A stretch of DNA of 64,000 nt, from the NCBI GenBank assembly GCA_900542905.1, contig UQPF01000005.1, forward strand, positions 62,129 to 126,128, in the 5' to 3' direction. Each line of letters begins with the position of its first letter. The first letter of the stretch is position 1. The stretch is from an uncultured Collinsella sp. (GTDB lineage: Bacteria > Actinomycetota > Coriobacteriia > Coriobacteriales > Coriobacteriaceae). A program made the translations under genes and the position numbers. The notes under the pieces were generated by a model. It was not told the origin of the DNA, did not search any database, and saw nothing but the letters and a program-made list of their open reading frames with translations. This document shows positions 19,497 to 27,814 of this stretch, piece by piece.

Positions 19497-20871
19497 GCCG
19501 TCTCCTCTCTGCGAACGACGCTGCGGCAGACGCGAACGCGCGCGCAACGTCGGGGTTCGCAGGATAGTACACATGCGGGAAGCCCGCAACCAGGGACGGG
19601 GTTGTCGTCATGCACGGCCAGCCCTTGTCGCGCCGGGGCTTCTGCGCCCAGAAGTCGCCGCCCGGGCAGGTGGACTGCCAGTAGTGGAACTCGTGCGCGC
19701 GGATGCGTGTGCCGCACGGCCCGTAGAGCCCGTCGCGTTGGGAAGTGAGCTCCACGTACCCGAAATGGGACAGCCTTCCCCCGTTCTCGCTTGCGCCCTC
19801 AAGGGCGCCCGCAACAGGCCAGCGCCGCCCCTCGCTATCGGAGATTTCGCGCTGCAGGTACAGAAACCCACCACATTCGGCGACCGTCGGCATGCCGGAT
19901 TCCACCGCGCGCCGCACCGCCTCGCGCATCGGTGCGTTCTCGGAGAGCTGCCGTACATGGAGCTCCGGGTAGCCGCCCCCCAGATAGAGGGCGCTTGTCC
20001 CCCGGGGCAACTCGCTATCACACAGGGGGCTGAAAAAGGCCAGCTCGCAACCCAGGTCCTCGAGCGCGCGCAGGTTCTCCTCGTAGTAGAACGAGAACGC
20101 CTCGTCACGCGCGACGGCGACGATGGGCCGCGCTCCCGCGATCGGCTCCAACCGGTAAGGTTCCTCGCGGATATCGGGTGCCGTCGCCGCTATTTCGAGC
20201 AAGCGGTCAATGTCGACGCTCTTTTCCACCAGCTCGGCCATCTTGTCGATGCGCGCGGAGAGCTGCTCGACCTCGTCGGCGGTCACAAGCCCCAGATGCC
20301 GGCTTTCGAGCGAGAACGCCTCGTCGGCGGGAATATTACCCAAAACCGCGACGCCCGTGTGCTTCTCGATCGCAGGCGCCGCGTAGGCGCAGGCAGCGGC
20401 GCTCGTCTTGTTCAGCACGACGCCGCGCACGTTCGCACAAGGCAGGAACTCGGCGATGCCGCGAATTACGGCGGCGAGCGATAAAGACGCCCCGCGCCCG
20501 TTCACCACTAAAACGACCGGCGTTTCCGTGTCGCGCGCAACCTGGTAGCTGCTCGCGTCGGCCACGCCGGGCGCCATGCCGTCGTAGAAGCCCATGACCC
20601 CCTCGAGCACCGCGACATCCGCGCCCGCGGCGCCGCGTGCGAGCAGGGCGCGCAGCGTCCGGGCGTCGGTGAAGAAGCCGTCTAAGTTGCCCGAGCGCGC
20701 GCCCACGACGCGGCGATGAAAGAGCGGGTCAATGTAGTCGGGGCCGCATTTGAAGGCCGCGCATGCGAGGCCGCGGCGCGCAAGCGCGCGCAGGAGCGCG
20801 CACGTAACGACCGTCTTGCCGCTCCCGCTCGAGGGCGCAGCGACCATGAAACGCGGGATGGTCGTGCTCAC
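19489..20871 (-). CDS. cbiA: Cobyrinate a,c-diamide synthase
   Basis: (V)STTIPRFMVAAPSSGSGKTVVTCALLRAL... with a C-terminal GATase domain (ECGGFLYL). The GTG at 20871 overlaps the cbiET stop. Confidence 0.9.
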   Translation of the reverse strand: MSTTIPRFMVAAPSSGSGKTVVTCALLRALARRGLACAAFKCGPDYIDPLFHRRVVGARSGNLDGFFTDARTLRALLARGAAGADVAVLEGVMGFYDGMAPGVADASSYQVARDTETPVVLVVNGRGASLSLAAVIRGIAEFLPCANVRGVVLNKTSAAACAYAAPAIEKHTGVAVLGNIPADEAFSLESRHLGLVTADEVEQLSARIDKMAELVEKSVDIDRLLEIAATAPDIREEPYRLEPIAGARPIVAVARDEAFSFYYEENLRALEDLGCELAFFSPLCDSELPRGTSALYLGGGYPELHVRQLSENAPMREAVRRAVESGMPTVAECGGFLYLQREISDSEGRRWPVAGALEGASENGGRLSHFGYVELTSQRDGLYGPCGTRIRAHEFHYWQSTCPGGDFWAQKPRRDKGWPCMTTTPSLVAGFPHVYYPANPDVARAFASAAASFAERRRHG

Positions 20872-22217
20872 CGGGCGCCGCCTTCCCCACCCGCACCACG
20901 CGCGCTGACGAGGAACACGGGGTTTTGCGCCTTCATAAGATGGTGCGAGCCTACAGCCTCGGCGCGGGCGGCCGACACCTGGCACGCCTCGAACCCCTTA
21001 AAGCGCGAACCCGAGAGAAGCGCGCACGCCTCGGTGAGCGTCTCAACGGTGACGCATGGCACGCACAGGCGAACCTGCGAGTTCTTCTCGAGCGCCGCCT
21101 CCACGATAGAGGGAAGCTCGCCCGCGCTCCCGCCGACGAACACGGCGTCGGGGACGGGCAGTTTCGCGAGCGCTTCGGGGGCGACACCGGGGACCGCATG
21201 CACGTTGCCGCACCCGAATGCATCCGCGTTCTCTCGGATGAGCCGCACGCCGGCCGCGTTGCGCTCGACCGCCCATACCGACCCCGCTCGCGCGACGAGC
21301 GCCGCCTCAATCGACACGCTCCCCGTGCCGGCTCCGACGTCCCACACGGTGTCGGTCGCGGTAAGGCGCAGCTTCGCGAGCGCGACGGCGCGCACCTCCT
21401 GCTTGGTCATGGGAACGTCGCCGCGGATGAAGAGCTCGTCGGGAATGCCCGAGGAAGCGTACGGCCAGCGGGAGCTCGCGGCGCGGGATGCGCCCGCAGG
21501 GTCCGCCGCGGAAGAAGCCGCCGCGGGCGATGACGCGCCGGCCGGCGCCTCGGAGGCTGCGCTAGAGCCCGCAGGCGACCCGGCGCCGCCTGCGAACTCG
21601 ATAAGCATCACGTTCAAGTCGTCAAACGTCTGACCTGCGATTTCACTTGCGGTCGCGCAGGTGATGCGCTCGTCAGGGTACGACAGGCGCTCGGCCACCG
21701 TCACGCGCGCGTCCCCGAAGCCCGCTTGCGCAAGCTCGCACGAAAGCCGCGAGGGGTCTTCCCCGCCCGACGTGACGAGGAAGAGCTCACCTGCGCGCTC
21801 GGCCTCGGCCACGATGTCGCACGCCACGCCGTGAGCGCTCGCAAAGCGCCAATCCTGCCATGGACGCGCGAGGCGCGCGGCGAGATACGACGCTGAGCTT
21901 ATGCCGGGAATGACGCGCACGTCCACCTGCGCGTTGCCGGAGAGCGCCTCCACCAGGCGGCGCGCGCCGCTGAACAGCCCCACATCGCCCGTCATCACGA
22001 CCACGGCGCGCTGCCACGACGCCGCATCGGTGAGCGCGGCGGCGATGTCCGCCGTCTTCACGAGCTCGCATCTCACCACGTCGGGCGGCACGTCGATGCC
22101 GGCAAGCGCGCGATGAGCGCCGATGACCACGTCGGCGATGTCGATCGCGTCGAGCGCCGCGCGCGAGAGCAAGTCGGGGTTTCCGGGCCCCGCCCCGATG
22201 ATCGTTACCTTTCGCAT
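20868..22217 (-). CDS. cbiET: Cobalt-precorrin-6B/7 C5,C15-methyltransferase (decarboxylating), CbiE-CbiT fusion
   Basis: MRKVTIIGAGPGNPDLLS (CbiE) and VWDVGAGTGSVSIEAA (CbiT SAM motif). The halves are joined by an Ala/Ser/Pro-rich linker. Confidence 0.9.
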   Translation of the reverse strand: MRKVTIIGAGPGNPDLLSRAALDAIDIADVVIGAHRALAGIDVPPDVVRCELVKTADIAAALTDAASWQRAVVVMTGDVGLFSGARRLVEALSGNAQVDVRVIPGISSASYLAARLARPWQDWRFASAHGVACDIVAEAERAGELFLVTSGGEDPSRLSCELAQAGFGDARVTVAERLSYPDERITCATASEIAGQTFDDLNVMLIEFAGGAGSPAGSSAASEAPAGASSPAAASSAADPAGASRAASSRWPYASSGIPDELFIRGDVPMTKQEVRAVALAKLRLTATDTVWDVGAGTGSVSIEAALVARAGSVWAVERNAAGVRLIRENADAFGCGNVHAVPGVAPEALAKLPVPDAVFVGGSAGELPSIVEAALEKNSQVRLCVPCVTVETLTEACALLSGSRFKGFEACQVSAARAEAVGSHHLMKAQNPVFLVSARGAGGEGGAR

Positions 22218-22951
22218 GAAATCTCCCGATACCCGCGCGGCGTGACCATACGGCCGCCTACGAGCCTCGTGTCCGCGTTGCCGACGAACACGGTGGTGAA
22301 CATGTCGGCGTCGATCTCCCCCAGCTCGGAGAGCCTGCACATGCCCGACTGCTGCCCCTCGCGCCCGATGTTGCGTACCCAGCCGCAGAGCGTGTCGGGG
22401 GCCTTCCATTCGAGCATAATCTTCGCCGCGCGTGAGAGCCTGTCGGCGCGCTTTCTGCTGCGCGGGTTGTACAAACAGATGCAGAAGTCGGCGCTCGCCA
22501 CGGCGGCGAGCCTGCGCTCGATGACCTCCCATGGCGTGAGCAGGTCGGAGAGCGACACGACCGCGAAGTCGTGGGCAAGCGGGGCGCCGAGCACCGCCGA
22601 CCCGCTCTGAGCCGCGGTGGCCCCGGCGATAACTTCCACGTCTACATCGGGGTAGTCCTCCGCAAGCTCCAGCACAGGGCTCGCCATGCCGTACACGCCC
22701 GCGTCACCGCTGCACACGAGCGCCACGGCTTCTCCGCTCTGCGCGCGCGAAAGCGCCAGGCGGCACCGTTCGACCTCGTGCATCATCGGCGTCGCGAGAT
22801 GCGCCGCGTCAGGCACGGCGGCGAGCGCGAGCTCCACGTATTTCGTGTACCCCACAACGATGTCGGCCGCCTCCAGCGCGCGCCGAGCCGCAATCGTCAT
22901 GCCGTCGGGGCCGCCCGGGCCGATCCCCACCACGAAGAGCTTTCCCATCAC
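22205..22951 (-). CDS. cbiH: Cobalt-factor III / precorrin-3B C17-methyltransferase
   Basis: MMGKLFVVGIGPGGPDGMT...VCSGDAGVYGMA...; 248 aa. Confidence 0.92.
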   Translation of the reverse strand: MMGKLFVVGIGPGGPDGMTIAARRALEAADIVVGYTKYVELALAAVPDAAHLATPMMHEVERCRLALSRAQSGEAVALVCSGDAGVYGMASPVLELAEDYPDVDVEVIAGATAAQSGSAVLGAPLAHDFAVVSLSDLLTPWEVIERRLAAVASADFCICLYNPRSRKRADRLSRAAKIMLEWKAPDTLCGWVRNIGREGQQSGMCRLSELGEIDADMFTTVFVGNADTRLVGGRMVTPRGYREISCER

Positions 22952-24081
22952 CGCTCCTTAAACGAAAGTTCGATAGTTACCCTGGAAAACGCGACGGTCA
23001 CGCCGCCGTGAGCAAGCTTCGGGAAGATCAGTTTACCCCCGTCCGCGAGCGCCGCGCGCTCGCACACGTTGTCGACCCCCACCGTCGCGCGCACGAAATC
23101 AGATGGCGAAACGCTGCCTTCGACCTGCGACAACTCCTCTGCGGAATACGTCGTAAGCGGGATATTGCGCGCGCGGCAGAAGGCGAGCAGACCCTTCTCG
23201 TGCGCCTTCACGTCGATCGTCGCCGCCTCGCGCACGGCCGAAGGCGAGATGCCCGCCTGCCCGCACGCGAGAAGAAACGCCTCCCCGATCGCTTCGGCGC
23301 ACGCACCGCGACGGCACCCTATGCCCGCAACGATGCAGGGCACGACAAGGCGAAGCGGCTCGGGCGCAGGCGCCTGCGCCCGCACGCACGCTGGCTTCCC
23401 AGTTTCACCGTCGGGCACGACCTCGCCCGTTGTCTCCGCCGCGCGAACGAACGCACCTGCATTCGCGCCAGCGAACGGTGACACGACGATATCGGCCCGA
23501 GCGCGGTCGGACGCAATGTCAACCCCCTCAGGCGGCTGTCCCGAAATCGGCATGTCGGAATAGAGCGCCACGCGCCCGCCCGAAAGCAGCCTCGCCGACA
23601 CTCGCTTGATAGCCTCGGGATTCGAAACGGCGAGCCCCTCACAGCGCGCCCACGTATCCACCGCCCACACGCCGCGGACGTCGGTCGCCGTTGTGATGAC
23701 GGGGATGGCCCCTGCCGCGCGTGCCACAGTTTGCGCAAGCTCGTTCGCACCGCCCAAATGCCCCGACAAAAGCGGGACGGCAAAGCGCCCCGCCTCGTCG
23801 ATCACCACAACCGCGGGATCTTTTGCCTTCGAGGCGACATGCGGCGCGATCGCCCGCACGGCGATGCCCGCCGCGCCGACGAACAGAAGCGCGTCCGACG
23901 CTTCCCACGCGAGCGCCGTCCATGCGCGCAGGTCGGCCTTCCCCTCGCCGAACCCGCGCGAAACGGAAACGTTCCAGCCAGGGTCATCTTCACCTGTCTG
24001 CGCGCAATCGGAAAGCGCGCGTGCGGTGCGCTCCGCCAACGCATACCCCCTCTCAGTGAACGCTATGCAGGAAATCCTCAT
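22948..24081 (-). CDS. cbiG: Cobalt-precorrin-5A hydrolase
   Basis: 377 aa with CbiG N- and C-terminal domain character (VVGIGCRRG...). ATGA overlap with cbiH. Confidence 0.85.
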   Translation of the reverse strand: MRISCIAFTERGYALAERTARALSDCAQTGEDDPGWNVSVSRGFGEGKADLRAWTALAWEASDALLFVGAAGIAVRAIAPHVASKAKDPAVVVIDEAGRFAVPLLSGHLGGANELAQTVARAAGAIPVITTATDVRGVWAVDTWARCEGLAVSNPEAIKRVSARLLSGGRVALYSDMPISGQPPEGVDIASDRARADIVVSPFAGANAGAFVRAAETTGEVVPDGETGKPACVRAQAPAPEPLRLVVPCIVAGIGCRRGACAEAIGEAFLLACGQAGISPSAVREAATIDVKAHEKGLLAFCRARNIPLTTYSAEELSQVEGSVSPSDFVRATVGVDNVCERAALADGGKLIFPKLAHGGVTVAFSRVTIELSFKER

Positions 24082-24315
24082 CTAGCGCACTACCATCGTC
24101 GAGAAGTAGCTGCCCCGATCGGGCACATCGTCGAGCGAGCGGTACACGCGCTCGCCCGGAAGACCACAGTCCTCTACGAGCTCGGCACCGTCGAAGGCGC
24201 CCTCCTCGCGAAGGATGCGCTTCGTGTCCGCAAGCGAGCGGCGCGCCTTCATGACCACCTTCGTCCCCGACCAGCCGATCACGCGGGGCACCCCGTACAG
24301 AACGCCTTTACTCAT
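24082..24315 (-). pseudogene. cbiL: Internally deleted remnant of cobalt-factor II / precorrin-2 C20-methyltransferase (77 codons)
   Basis: MSKGVLYGV resembles the CbiL N-terminus (MxGKLYGVGxGPGD). KVVMKARRSLADTKRILREEG...CGLPGERVYRSLDDVPDRGSYFSTMVVR resembles the last ~65 residues of CbiL. Only 234 nt lie between cbiD and cbiG, so about 150 residues of the methyltransferase core are absent. Confidence 0.7.
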
Positions 24316-25492
24316 ACGTCGCCCCCAATTCCCCGATAACTGCATCGGCGCCCGACGTGCGGAAAAGCTCGCGGCGCTCGGCGTCGAACACGACCGCGGC
24401 GATGTCGCATGCGCCCGCCGCGCGGCGGCGCAACCTGTCCTCGATTGCCGCAGCGAGCGAGGCGCGCGCAGCGTCCCCCACGCCGGCGGCCTCGATTACC
24501 TCGAGCGCCACCGTGGTCGTGACGGACGTCATGATCTCGCGCACGGTCTTCGCGCCCGCGCCGGCCATGGCCGCGTGGGCGGCCAGAATCTCCGCGCGGC
24601 AGTCGGCGGTACGCGAATGGGTGTCCATGATGCCGCCCGCGACCTTCACCAGCTTGCCGATGTGTCCCACAAGAAGGACATTGGTGAATCCCTCGCGAAC
24701 GCAGCAATCAATCGCATCGCCTACAAAGTTGGAGATAAAGACCACCGGCGCACCGTTTAGGTGGAAATGCCCCGAGATGAACTGCGCGCCGTAGTTGCCG
24801 GGCGTGAGCACGACTCCGCGCCGCCCCATAGCCGCATGCTGCCGAATCTCGAGCACGATGCTGTCGCGCAAGGCAGCGAGGCTGCGCGGCTCGACGATGC
24901 CCGTCGTGCCCAGGATGGAGATGCCGTCCTTTATCCCCAGGTGCGGGTTGAAGGTCTTTTCGGCAAGGGCAACGCCCTCGGGTACAGAAATCGTCACAGC
25001 AATATTTCCAGAAAAGACGTGCGCGGCGCACACCTCGCGAACCGCCGAAGTGATCATCGCGCGCGGCGTCGCGTTGATGGCGGCCGCCCCCACCGGCTGC
25101 TCGAGCCCGGGCAACGTCACGCGCCCCACGCCCACGCCGCCATCGACGGAAACTTCCGATTCGCGCGCGGGCACGCCCTTGCTGCCCGCAGCACCCGTGC
25201 CCGACCCCGCATGTTCCACGCGCGCGTACACGAGCACGCCGTCGGTCACATCGGCATCGTCGCCTGCGTCCTTTCGCACGGCGCACTGGGCGCACCCCTC
25301 GCCGATGCATGCGTCGACCACGTTCGCTTCGACGGGCAGCCCGCCGGGGGTGACGATCGACACGAGGCCGACGGGCTTTCGTGACAAGAGCATCTCGCAG
25401 GCCGCCTTCGCCGCGAGCGCGGCGCAGCTCCCCGTGGTGTAGCCGCAGCGCAGGCGGGTCGTCCCGGTATATATGTAGTGCTCGAAGGCCAC
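24308..25492 (-). CDS. cbiD: Cobalt-precorrin-5B C1-methyltransferase
   Basis: GTG at 25492, 1 nt after the cbiF stop. ...LRCGYTTGSCAALAAKAA... is a typical CbiD N-terminus. Confidence 0.9.
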   Translation of the reverse strand: MAFEHYIYTGTTRLRCGYTTGSCAALAAKAACEMLLSRKPVGLVSIVTPGGLPVEANVVDACIGEGCAQCAVRKDAGDDADVTDGVLVYARVEHAGSGTGAAGSKGVPARESEVSVDGGVGVGRVTLPGLEQPVGAAAINATPRAMITSAVREVCAAHVFSGNIAVTISVPEGVALAEKTFNPHLGIKDGISILGTTGIVEPRSLAALRDSIVLEIRQHAAMGRRGVVLTPGNYGAQFISGHFHLNGAPVVFISNFVGDAIDCCVREGFTNVLLVGHIGKLVKVAGGIMDTHSRTADCRAEILAAHAAMAGAGAKTVREIMTSVTTTVALEVIEAAGVGDAARASLAAAIEDRLRRRAAGACDIAAVVFDAERRELFRTSGADAVIGELGATYE

Positions 25493-25493
25493 G

Positions 25494-26285
25494 CTAGCTG
25501 CTCGCCTTCCGATACCCCGTGGCAAAAGAAGGGTCGTAAAGCTTGCTGCGCTCGTACGACTCCGCTTGCGCGCCGTTGTGCGCAAGCCCGCCGCGAGCTC
25601 CGAGCACGCGGCCCACCACCACGAGCGCCGTGCGGTCGATGCCCTCTCGCGCGCCCGCATCGGCGAGCGTGCCCACTGTGCATCGCACCACGCGCTCCTC
25701 AGGCCAGGTCGCCTTGTACACGAGCGCCGCCGGCTCGTCGGAACTGCGGCCCGCGGCCAAAAGCTCGGCGGAAAGCTCGGCGAGCATACCCGAGCTCAGG
25801 AAGATGACCATGGTCGAGCCGCTTTCCGCCATGGTGCGCATGCCCTCGCCCGCGGGCATGGGGGTGCGTCCGGAAAGCCGCGTGATCACGACCGACTGGC
25901 TGATTCCCGGCAGCGTGTATTCCTGGCGAAGTGCCGCCGCGGCACCGCAAAAGCTCGACACGCCGGGCACCACCTCGTAGTCCACGCCGTGCGCGTCGAG
26001 CGCGTCCATCTGCTCCTGGATGGCGCCGTACAGGCACGGGTCGCCCGTGTGCAGGCGCACCACTTCCTCGCCCCGCGCGTCTGCCGCGCACATCACGTCG
26101 AGCACTTCCTCCAAGGTCATGTGCGCGCTGTCGTAGACGATGCAGGATTCCTTGCACTCAGCGAGCAGCTCGGGGTTCACAAGGCTTCCCGCCCAAACGA
26201 CCACGTCGGCTGCGCGCAGAAGGCGCGCCCCGCGCAGCGTGATAAGGTCGGTGGCGCCCGAGCCTGCGCCAACGATATGAATCAT
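25494..26285 (-). CDS. cbiF: Cobalt-precorrin-4 C11-methyltransferase
   Basis: MIHIVGAGSGATDLITLRGARLL...LHTGDPCLYGA...; the ATG at 26285 is preceded by GGGAAGGGAAGG. This is the first gene of the minus-strand operon. Confidence 0.92.
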   Translation of the reverse strand: MIHIVGAGSGATDLITLRGARLLRAADVVVWAGSLVNPELLAECKESCIVYDSAHMTLEEVLDVMCAADARGEEVVRLHTGDPCLYGAIQEQMDALDAHGVDYEVVPGVSSFCGAAAALRQEYTLPGISQSVVITRLSGRTPMPAGEGMRTMAESGSTMVIFLSSGMLAELSAELLAAGRSSDEPAALVYKATWPEERVVRCTVGTLADAGAREGIDRTALVVVGRVLGARGGLAHNGAQAESYERSKLYDPSFATGYRKASS

Positions 26286-26416
26286 CCGAGCCTTCCCTTC
26301 CCGTTTCTCATCGCAACCGTTTACGCCGCCATTCGCGCAGCGGGCAAAACACGGCGCCTGCGGCGGCAATCGGCGCAAATACGCAGGCAGGAGGCGCAAT
26401 GCAGCCCGCCCTGGCT

Positions 26417-26445
26417 TTGACACGTTCACAAGTGCCCACTATCAT
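26417..26445 (+). promoter_or_regulatory. Sigma70-type promoter TTGACA-17 nt-TATCAT for the riboswitch/cbiK operon
   Basis: -35 at 26417-26422 and -10 at 26440-26445, read directly. About 50 nt upstream of the riboswitch core. Confidence 0.6.
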
Positions 26446-26496
26446 AGTAAAAGTTTCGGCAACGAGCATATGACAATCGGATAAAAGGAAATGACC

Positions 26497-26700
26497 GGCG
26501 CGGCGCCCGCACAGCCCGCGCTGGCTTGCGGAGGGAACCAGGTGGGAATCCTGGGCAAGGGACATTACTGTATAGGACGCGCGGGCGAACCGCCTCGCGC
26601 CCCAAGCCAGACTGCTTCGCCTTTTCCTCACGGCATCGCCGTGGCGTTAGCTCCTTGTGAACCCCGAGGGGTGCGCTTTTCTTTCGCTTGTGCCGACAAG
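26497..26700 (+). promoter_or_regulatory. Cobalamin (B12) riboswitch
   Basis: Conserved core AGGGAACCAGGTGGGAATCCTGGGC...ACTGTA at 26532-26575. B12-box-like AAGCCAGACTGC at 26604-26615. The enclosing helix is CTGGCTT (26521-27) / AAGCCAG (26604-10). CCTTTTCCTC (26620-29) is complementary to the cbiK SD. Confidence 0.75.
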
Positions 26701-26743
26701 CAACTGTCGCCGGGGGACCGGCAAACCGAGGAAAGGAAAAACC

Positions 26744-27670
26744 ATGTCCGACCAGATGTCACGCCGCGGCTTCATGGGCGCCGCAGCAACCGGAGCCGTC
26801 GCGCTCGCCGGAGTCGCGCTCGCGGGCTGCTCCAACACCTCCGCGAGTTCCGAGAAATCGAGTGAAAAGGAGAAGGCCGTGAAGCCGGTCATCCTCGTCA
26901 CGAGCTTCGGCACGAGCTACAACGACTCGCGCCACATCACCATCGGCGCCATCGAAGACGCTATCCGCGAGAAGTACTGGCAGGACTACGACATCCGCCG
27001 CGCCTTCACCGCGCAGATCATCATCGACAAGCTGAAGAAGCGCGACGGCATCACGATCGACAACATGACCGAGGCGCTCGACCGCTGCGTGGAAGACGGC
27101 GTGAAGGAAATCGTCGTGCAGCCGACGCATCTCATGGGTGGCCTGGAATACACCGACGTGAAAGACGAGCTCGACAAGTACGCCGACAAGTTCGACAAAA
27201 TCTCGCTCGGCGACCCGCTGCTCACCTCCGACGACGACTACAAGAAGGTGGCCGCAGCCATTAAGGAGAACATGGCGTCCTTCGACGACGGCAAGACGGC
27301 GCTGTGCCTCATGGGCCACGGCACCGAAGCCGATTCCAACGCCGACTATGCCAAGATGCAGGAAGTGTTCAAGAACGAGGGCTTGACGCAGTTCTTCGTC
27401 GGCACCGTCGAGGCTGAACCGACCTGCGAGGATGTTATCGCCGCCGCGAGCGCCGCAGGCTACAAGAAGGCCGTGCTCGCGCCGTTCATGGTGGTCGCGG
27501 GCGACCACGCGAACAACGACATGGCAGACGAGACCGACCCCGACAGCTGGGCTGCGAAGTTCGTGGCCGCCGGCTTCGAAGTGACGTGCCTGCTCCAGGG
27601 TCTGGGACAGAACGTCGCGGTCGACGACATCTACGTCTCGCACGTGGACGACGCCATCGCCAAGCTGTAA
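26744..27670 (+). CDS. cbiK: Sirohydrochlorin cobaltochelatase homologue with Tat signal and lipobox (predicted extracytoplasmic lipoprotein)
   Basis: MSDQMSRRGFMGAAATGAVALAGVALAGC (SRRxF twin-arginine motif + LAGC lipobox). The mature part aligns to CbiK: ILVTSFGTSY, LMGHG, GTVEAEP, VAGDHANNDMA. SD GAGGAAAGGA lies upstream. Confidence 0.85.
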   Translation: MSDQMSRRGFMGAAATGAVALAGVALAGCSNTSASSEKSSEKEKAVKPVILVTSFGTSYNDSRHITIGAIEDAIREKYWQDYDIRRAFTAQIIIDKLKKRDGITIDNMTEALDRCVEDGVKEIVVQPTHLMGGLEYTDVKDELDKYADKFDKISLGDPLLTSDDDYKKVAAAIKENMASFDDGKTALCLMGHGTEADSNADYAKMQEVFKNEGLTQFFVGTVEAEPTCEDVIAAASAAGYKKAVLAPFMVVAGDHANNDMADETDPDSWAAKFVAAGFEVTCLLQGLGQNVAVDDIYVSHVDDAIAKL

Positions 27671-27814
27671 ACTCGCCGCGCACGGGGGCGCCGGTCGCGT
27701 CCCCGTGCAACGGGCATGCGCCTTCCCCGACTGACGGCGCATGCCCGTTGCATTCGCATCCCGCCCGCCCACCGCACGGCGCGGGCGGTCGAAGCGATTG
27801 AAAGGAACCCCTCC

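Noticed and set aside
26286-26480. A second cobalamin riboswitch on the minus-strand leader of cbiF, expected for a B12 biosynthesis operon.
   Set aside because: The reverse complement of the ~190-nt leader shows only a B12-box-like AAAGCCAGGGCGGGCTGC (complement of 26401-26418). It has no GGGAA...GGTG.AA.CC core. This may be a direct-repeat relative of the plus-strand CAGCCCGCGCTGGCTT. It should still be tested with a covariance model before being excluded.
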